Of a stretch of 64,000 bases of DNA, positions 58,538 through 64,000 are shown piece after piece. How positions within the stretch are numbered: the stretch's first letter is position 1; each line of letters begins with the position of its first letter. The notes beneath the pieces are model-generated. The model did no database searches. It saw only the letters and a program-made list of their open reading frames with translations, and was not told the DNA's origin. The DNA is taken from the IMG/VR virus record IMGVR_UViG_3300032038_000003, positions 128,001-192,000 of that record. One strand, written 5' to 3'. This DNA comes from a virus (lineage: Duplodnaviria > Caudoviricetes). The translations under genes and the position numbers were made by a program.

Positions 58538-60115
58538 TTATGATCCAATTTGTATGCTGAAGTAAACAGTAACATTGCTACCAGCACCAAGAGCGTTTTC
58601 ATTCAATGTTAACGTAAGTGAACCATTGAATGGAACAGCCTCTGATGTATTCAAGTACAGATACTTAGTATTGTTAAGATCTGCTGTGAACTCTGTGTTA
58701 TCCCCGATTGTACTTGTCGGATCTGCATCTGAGGCACTATTAACATCAATAGCACTATATGAACTATGTAATGGTTGAGTAAAGTTAATTTCCATAGCAG
58801 AGAACATATTATCAGTAAAGCCAACTGGGTTACCTTCTACTGGTGAGTAAGAATAACCAATCTTTGTTTCATCAACAACAGGATTGGTATCAGTTGTAAT
58901 CATTGTGCTAAACTTAGATGGTAATTGTAATACAACATGTTTACCAGCTGGAATTGTAATATTTTTTCTATTGTTCTGAGAATTGTTAGTTCCAATGGTC
59001 GTATCATCAACTCCATAACTTGCAAGTGCTGTTGGTGGAATAAACCATCCAAGTGAGAATGATTGTGCAATGTTTTCACGAATATCTTCAAGTCTTACAA
59101 GCTGGCTTAAAAAGCTAATGCCAGAAATATCTTTGGTGATATTGACTGATCCGTTGTCATATGACCATTTAGTTGTAATTTTGTTCTGATCTGTATTCTT
59201 AGAAGCAAATCTATAAAGGACAACTTCACCTTTAGATTTAGAGTTCTGAATACCATATGAAGAACAATCTTCATTACTTAAATCTCTACTTGCTAAGCCA
59301 GTCACAGTATAAAGATCACGATCCATCTGCCATGCTTCTGTGGCTGGTATTGTAGTTACTTCTCCAGTTGCAGAAACTAATGAAGCTGAATCGTTTGGAG
59401 TATAGTATGAAGGGAATGTAAACTCTAATGTTGGAACATTATCGTCATTTGTCGAATCAATAATACTATCAATTCCAATTGCTGTTAAAACATTTAAAGC
59501 TGAAGGAACCGTTAAATTAGAATGAATTGCATTCTTATTCGTATTGTTGTTCTTGATAAGATCCCAAATCTTTGTTTCTGTCCAGTACTCAGTAATAGTA
59601 CCAAGAACCTCTGCTTTAGTGTACATAGGTACAGTAAAAGGTCGTCTAATGATTTCTACTTCATCACCGCTTTTAACAGACATCTGTAATGTTGCTGTAA
59701 ATCCAGAAGAAGTAGAAGATGCATTATATGGTGGTCTTTTAATAACTTCACCATTGTTAACATTAACGATACGATTATGATTTACGTCTTCACCGCTATC
59801 AATTAATGAAGAATTACCACTTGGAGAAGTAATATCACCATAAAATACATTACAGTATGTAGCAGCTTTAGAAGCTTCTACAACGCCTCTAATCTTGTCA
59901 GTAATACGTGTCCAGTCTGGATTATTACTATCAAGAATGGACGCAATCGTTTGTGCATCTCTGATTACTTTTTCTTTGTCCGATAAGCTTTGCGGTTGCA
60001 CAACGATAGAAAAATCTTGATAATCATAAGCTGATTTATCTGGACTTACAATTTTGGCTGTGATTATAGTACCAGATTCTACTTTACGATTATTAGTTTT
60101 TAATTTAAAGCCCAT
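58538..60115 (-). CDS. Ig-like domain virion protein
   Basis: S/T/N-rich beta pattern; GEVIKRP...ATLQMSV...PFTV resembles bacterial Ig-like repeats; RBS AAAGGAGG. Confidence 0.5.
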   Translation of the reverse strand: MGFKLKTNNRKVESGTIITAKIVSPDKSAYDYQDFSIVVQPQSLSDKEKVIRDAQTIASILDSNNPDWTRITDKIRGVVEASKAATYCNVFYGDITSPSGNSSLIDSGEDVNHNRIVNVNNGEVIKRPPYNASSTSSGFTATLQMSVKSGDEVEIIRRPFTVPMYTKAEVLGTITEYWTETKIWDLIKNNNTNKNAIHSNLTVPSALNVLTAIGIDSIIDSTNDDNVPTLEFTFPSYYTPNDSASLVSATGEVTTIPATEAWQMDRDLYTVTGLASRDLSNEDCSSYGIQNSKSKGEVVLYRFASKNTDQNKITTKWSYDNGSVNITKDISGISFLSQLVRLEDIRENIAQSFSLGWFIPPTALASYGVDDTTIGTNNSQNNRKNITIPAGKHVVLQLPSKFSTMITTDTNPVVDETKIGYSYSPVEGNPVGFTDNMFSAMEINFTQPLHSSYSAIDVNSASDADPTSTIGDNTEFTADLNNTKYLYLNTSEAVPFNGSLTLTLNENALGAGSNVTVYFSIQIGS

Positions 60116-60139
60116 GAGTTTTCCTCCTTTAATTTTTAG

Positions 60140-60167
60140 CTGCGGGTAATGTTTCCACTACCCGCAG
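60140..60167 (-). promoter_or_regulatory. Intergenic RNA stem-loop with GAAA tetraloop (no U-tract on the sense strand)
   Basis: CUGCGGGUAGUG-GAAA-CAUUACCCGCAG: 12-bp stem with one G.U pair. Confidence 0.7.
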
Positions 60168-60181
60168 TTTGAATTATTTTA

Positions 60182-63100
60182 TTACGCTCTTTCTGCAACG
60201 CTTATGAACAAATCATCAAGCATTTTGGCAGCTGGAATGTTTACTGTAGTTCCACTGATAGTAACATCGGTATCAATATTAGAATAGTGGCTCTTAGTAA
60301 TCTTAACTTGACCAGTAAGATTCTTTACAGTAAACGATAATGCTTCGTTGTAAGGATAGTATTGATATTCCTCTCTTTGCTTAATAGCACCATCGATATA
60401 AATACCATTATTAGCATTTGTTGTATCAGATGCATATACAGTAACTGAGCAAGGATACTGTAACAGATCAAAATATGCCTGTCCAAGAGCATATTGAGTA
60501 TTATCTGTCTTGTCATAATCTGGATTATGTAAAGGAACAGATACATAGCTCTTGATTAACTGGTCATATACTTCTGTTTCGGTGTTGTTCTCTGCATCGT
60601 AGATTACTCCAGCTACGCTTGACATATCATCTTTTGTAAAGAAGATATTTAAGTATTTATCTGGATGTGCATTGAACAGTTCTTGTGTCCAACGACTTGT
60701 AATCTTACCAGCATCAGTTCCGCTTTGTTTAGCAATATCTTCAAGAGAAATAGGATAACCAACGATAGTAATGAATTTATCATTATCATATGCATACCGA
60801 TGGATGTTATCGATATGAGTACCGTCATCCATAGTTTCGAATGCTTTTGTACCGCCAGTTAATCCAGTTAATACTGTATCACTGTAAGCGTAGTATACAT
60901 GAGTAACTTCGCTTGAAGGATCGAATCCACCAGTAGGAGGAGTAACTACGATTTCTGATTTGAAATCATCTGTTTTTGCAGTACCCTTCGCAATAGTGAA
61001 GTCAATAGCTGCTGGAGTATATGAAGTGTCTGTACCAGGGTGATAAGTATCTGATAATGCAATATAAACGTTATCAGCATCATAACCTTTAACGATCTTA
61101 TGAAGTACAGTGCCGTCTGCAAGAACAATTTCTCTGTTTTCACCATCAGATGCTGCGATCCAGTTAGAACCTTCTTTTACAGACCAATATACTTTACAGC
61201 CATTAGATAACTCATGAGGAAGATTGATATCGTCATTAATAATTAAGCTGTTGCCCATAACTGCGATAAGTTCGTTCTTACCAATTTGGATAAGTTTAGA
61301 ACTATCTTTGTATTCTGGTTCTCTTTCTGATTTCTTTAATGCGATACCATAACGAGCATTAGGTCCATCAGATAAAGGAGAGTAAGGAGCAGTTACAGGG
61401 AAGTATGTGAATGTCTCTTCAAGTTCTTCAGAAGACTTGCTGAAGTCTTTATTAATAACCAATTCGTCCTTTGGATAAAGTGAGCTACTATCAATTACAA
61501 GAGTATCACATAACACACCACGAGGACCGTCATTACCATGAGTAATTTTGATACGATCTGCATAGTATTCTCCAGTATAAGAAGATTTACCATACATAGC
61601 CTTACTCATATACTCTTCAGTAGTTGCAAATAAGAAGTGATGCTTCTGATAGAACGCTTTTGATCTTGTATGATACATAGATACACTAGTAACACCATCA
61701 GAAGTGTTTTTACCAAAGTCATCAATTGTTTCGATATCTATTACATTACCGAAAGTATCTCTGGTAATACCAGAAGTAATTACGAACTTCTCTTCATAGT
61801 AACCAAAGTTGAAGTATACTTTATAATCAGACTTGTTCTTTCCCTCAAAAGTTTTAGGGTTAATGTAAACAGCAACCTGGTTAGAACGTGTATCGCTAAC
61901 TCCATAGATAAATGTACGATACGCAACAGTATCATAATATACTGGACGGCCTAACGAGTCTACGTTATTACCAAGAGGTAATGGTTCGTTGGTGTTTTTA
62001 TTAATAACCATATAACGAGGGAATTCATTTTCGTTAAAGAACTTATTACCAGTTAATGTAATATAGTAAACATCAAGACCAAGATCAGAAATCTGAGAAC
62101 ATTCTTGTTCTCCACCAATCTTATGCGAATACTCTTTATATGCTTCGATATTACCGCTGCGTCCAGTTGCTTTTGGATATTTACTAGCGTATTCTGGGTG
62201 TTTTGTATTATTAGCCATACCAATAGCACCATCAACAAAGCAATCGTTAACAAAATCTGCGTTGATATGATATTGAGTAGCATAAGAATCCATTACTGTC
62301 TTACATGGAGTAGTACTTGATGATGTATATAATGCAAAGTTACCAGAAACGTCGTTAATTGAATTCTCGAAAGAATCAATACGACCAATATAGCAACTTG
62401 AGATTAAATGTCTGTCTCTTTCATAATCAAGAGCTGGGTTACCCATAACAACGAGAGAAACTCTATCGTTATTGGTATTAACCCAATAAGAAATACGAGT
62501 ATCAGATGTAAGACCAGCAGTTTCTAATGGAACTAACAGTGTACCATCTGTAATACTTGTAACACTAACATCTTCATCGATATGATCCATCATGATCTCT
62601 TCAAAATCTTGATACCAAGACAACTTTGACCATGGTGAAGTATGAGAATTAGTAACAGTAATATTACCCTTGTTATCCTGGATATTAGGTTCTGGACCAG
62701 AGAAATCAGCGTTTGGATTATCAAACATACGGATTAAACAATAGTGATTGTTCTCAAGAGCAACACTATCTGTTATCTGTAAAGAGTTTAAGTCAGTATA
62801 ATCAAGATGTTTATCATAGTTGAAACGAATTACAATTGTTCCGTAAAGAATATTTTCATCACTGACTCTATCTAAACAAAATTGTAATTTTTCATCAGAG
62901 AAAGCAACATTATCACTTTCTAAACCACCACCAGAAAGATTAAGATATTTATCTGGTAATGGAACATAACGTCCTTCGGAATATAACTCTGGTTTTATTA
63001 CATCAAGAGCCTCATGACCATATTCATCTTTAACATTAAGTAACCCATTTGATTTAATGGTATAAATATCAACAGTCTTCTCAAATGTAAGAGTGACTCC

Positions 63101-64000
63101 ATAATTGTAAGAAGTTTCTGTTTCAATATATGTTACCTTAATGTTCATCTCTTTGATAAGATCATAATCTGTTTCAGTAAATGAAGTTTTATTTCCGCAT
63201 ACATCACAGATAAACTTATAAAGAGTAGGCTCTGTTTGTTTAATCTGGTTCAACTGAGAGCGTTGTAAAACACAAAAAGTTTCACGATTCGTAGCTGTTG
63301 GTGCCTGGATGACATTTAAGATAGATGTTTCGGCAAAGATATTTTTTAATCCGCTTAAATATCCATCATTCGTTTCATTAGAGTCACCAAGATTAGAACC
63401 AAAGAGTAAATGAGGAATAATATCATCAGATACAGCATCAACTCTTTCTTCTCTAGAAGTCTTTATAACAAGATCCTTGTGAACTTCCTGTTTAACGTTG
63501 CTAGGATCAGCTAATGCTGCAAGATCGTATATAACAGAAGCAGTTGATTTTCTAGCTTCTTTATACATTTCTTTTGTGATTAACTGAGGTACAATACCTT
63601 TCAATTCAGCATCAAGAGGATATTCTTCTGGATTTGCTAAATATTTAGGTTTGTAAATTTGCACATACATTGTAGTCTGTGCAAGATCAGAATCACCACT
63701 AACAGAAAGATCGTCGTTATCTAAGTTAGCATCTCTTGCAGTGGTTGTTGTTTTTAAAACAACGTTATTAGTAATTTGAGCAATCTGGTTTTCGAGTTTT
63801 TCAGTAAAACGAGTATAGTATTTATCAATACCATCATTGGGATCGTTAGTATTGCCAAAATACTTATCTCTTGTATTGATATGTTCATATCCATCAAATG
63901 ACGAATCAACAGTAGGATACACAATATCCCAGTTTTTAACACGCATTGGGATAGTCTGTTTCTGACCGTTGCTGTCAATGTATGTTTCTTTTACACCAAG
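60182..64000 (-). CDS. Large abundant virion structural protein, 5' end outside the window
   Basis: The frame stays open from ATG 63946 to the window edge (LGVKETYIDSNGQKQTIPM) and no RBS precedes 63946; high-expression codon style; Ig-like C-terminal region. Confidence 0.65.
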   Translation of the reverse strand, partial: LGVKETYIDSNGQKQTIPMRVKNWDIVYPTVDSSFDGYEHINTRDKYFGNTNDPNDGIDKYYTRFTEKLENQIAQITNNVVLKTTTTARDANLDNDDLSVSGDSDLAQTTMYVQIYKPKYLANPEEYPLDAELKGIVPQLITKEMYKEARKSTASVIYDLAALADPSNVKQEVHKDLVIKTSREERVDAVSDDIIPHLLFGSNLGDSNETNDGYLSGLKNIFAETSILNVIQAPTATNRETFCVLQRSQLNQIKQTEPTLYKFICDVCGNKTSFTETDYDLIKEMNIKVTYIETETSYNYGVTLTFEKTVDIYTIKSNGLLNVKDEYGHEALDVIKPELYSEGRYVPLPDKYLNLSGGGLESDNVAFSDEKLQFCLDRVSDENILYGTIVIRFNYDKHLDYTDLNSLQITDSVALENNHYCLIRMFDNPNADFSGPEPNIQDNKGNITVTNSHTSPWSKLSWYQDFEEIMMDHIDEDVSVTSITDGTLLVPLETAGLTSDTRISYWVNTNNDRVSLVVMGNPALDYERDRHLISSCYIGRIDSFENSINDVSGNFALYTSSSTTPCKTVMDSYATQYHINADFVNDCFVDGAIGMANNTKHPEYASKYPKATGRSGNIEAYKEYSHKIGGEQECSQISDLGLDVYYITLTGNKFFNENEFPRYMVINKNTNEPLPLGNNVDSLGRPVYYDTVAYRTFIYGVSDTRSNQVAVYINPKTFEGKNKSDYKVYFNFGYYEEKFVITSGITRDTFGNVIDIETIDDFGKNTSDGVTSVSMYHTRSKAFYQKHHFLFATTEEYMSKAMYGKSSYTGEYYADRIKITHGNDGPRGVLCDTLVIDSSSLYPKDELVINKDFSKSSEELEETFTYFPVTAPYSPLSDGPNARYGIALKKSEREPEYKDSSKLIQIGKNELIAVMGNSLIINDDINLPHELSNGCKVYWSVKEGSNWIAASDGENREIVLADGTVLHKIVKGYDADNVYIALSDTYHPGTDTSYTPAAIDFTIAKGTAKTDDFKSEIVVTPPTGGFDPSSEVTHVYYAYSDTVLTGLTGGTKAFETMDDGTHIDNIHRYAYDNDKFITIVGYPISLEDIAKQSGTDAGKITSRWTQELFNAHPDKYLNIFFTKDDMSSVAGVIYDAENNTETEVYDQLIKSYVSVPLHNPDYDKTDNTQYALGQAYFDLLQYPCSVTVYASDTTNANNGIYIDGAIKQREEYQYYPYNEALSFTVKNLTGQVKITKSHYSNIDTDVTISGTTVNIPAAKMLDDLFISVAERA

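Noticed and set aside
63-63978. The many short plus-strand and nested alternative-frame ORFs in the track
   Set aside because: They lie antisense to or inside long minus-strand genes, lack RBSs and show no recognisable motifs; they are shadow ORFs.
1-64000. Stop-codon reassignment (TAG/TGA recoding as in some gut jumbo phages)
   Set aside because: Standard-code ORFs already tile the window, up to 10 kb long. The TAG stops checked (19069, 41991, 45220) are followed by RBSs and out-of-frame starts.
1-64000. DGR reverse transcriptase, Avd or template repeat within the window
   Set aside because: No ORF with RT motifs and no second copy of the VR sequence were seen by eye.

Overview
AT-rich 64 kb window in which essentially all real genes lie on the minus strand, tightly packed with AGGAG-type RBSs. 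It reads as the tail/virion morphogenesis module of a very large contractile-tailed phage of a Gram-positive, probably clostridial, host. The host call is an inference from GH73, SleB-like, NlpC/P60, PG-binding and SH3b domains plus a SigA-like promoter. In transcription order (right to left): large structural and Ig-like proteins; a cluster of modular fibre/receptor-binding proteins, including Gly-rich adhesin paralogs and an Mtd-like protein; neck genes; two sheath paralogs; the tail tube and PG-binding tube paralogs; two paralogous tail chaperones; three giant genes (2154, 3391 and 2038 aa); spike, NlpC/P60 and a partial fibre gene. Main finding: the 3391-aa protein at the tape-measure position carries a two-barrel RNA polymerase active-site signature (GRYP...NLDFDGD), an N-terminal DEDDh exonuclease and a C-terminal membrane segment. 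Its 2154-aa neighbour has degenerate SNase and Cas4-like domains. Together they suggest a tail-delivered transcription/genome-entry machine. Second finding: a clear diversity-generating-retroelement variable-region signature, with no RT or template repeat seen in the window. No capsid, portal, terminase, tRNA, rRNA or CRISPR was recognised. All functional calls come from motif recognition by eye, not database searches.
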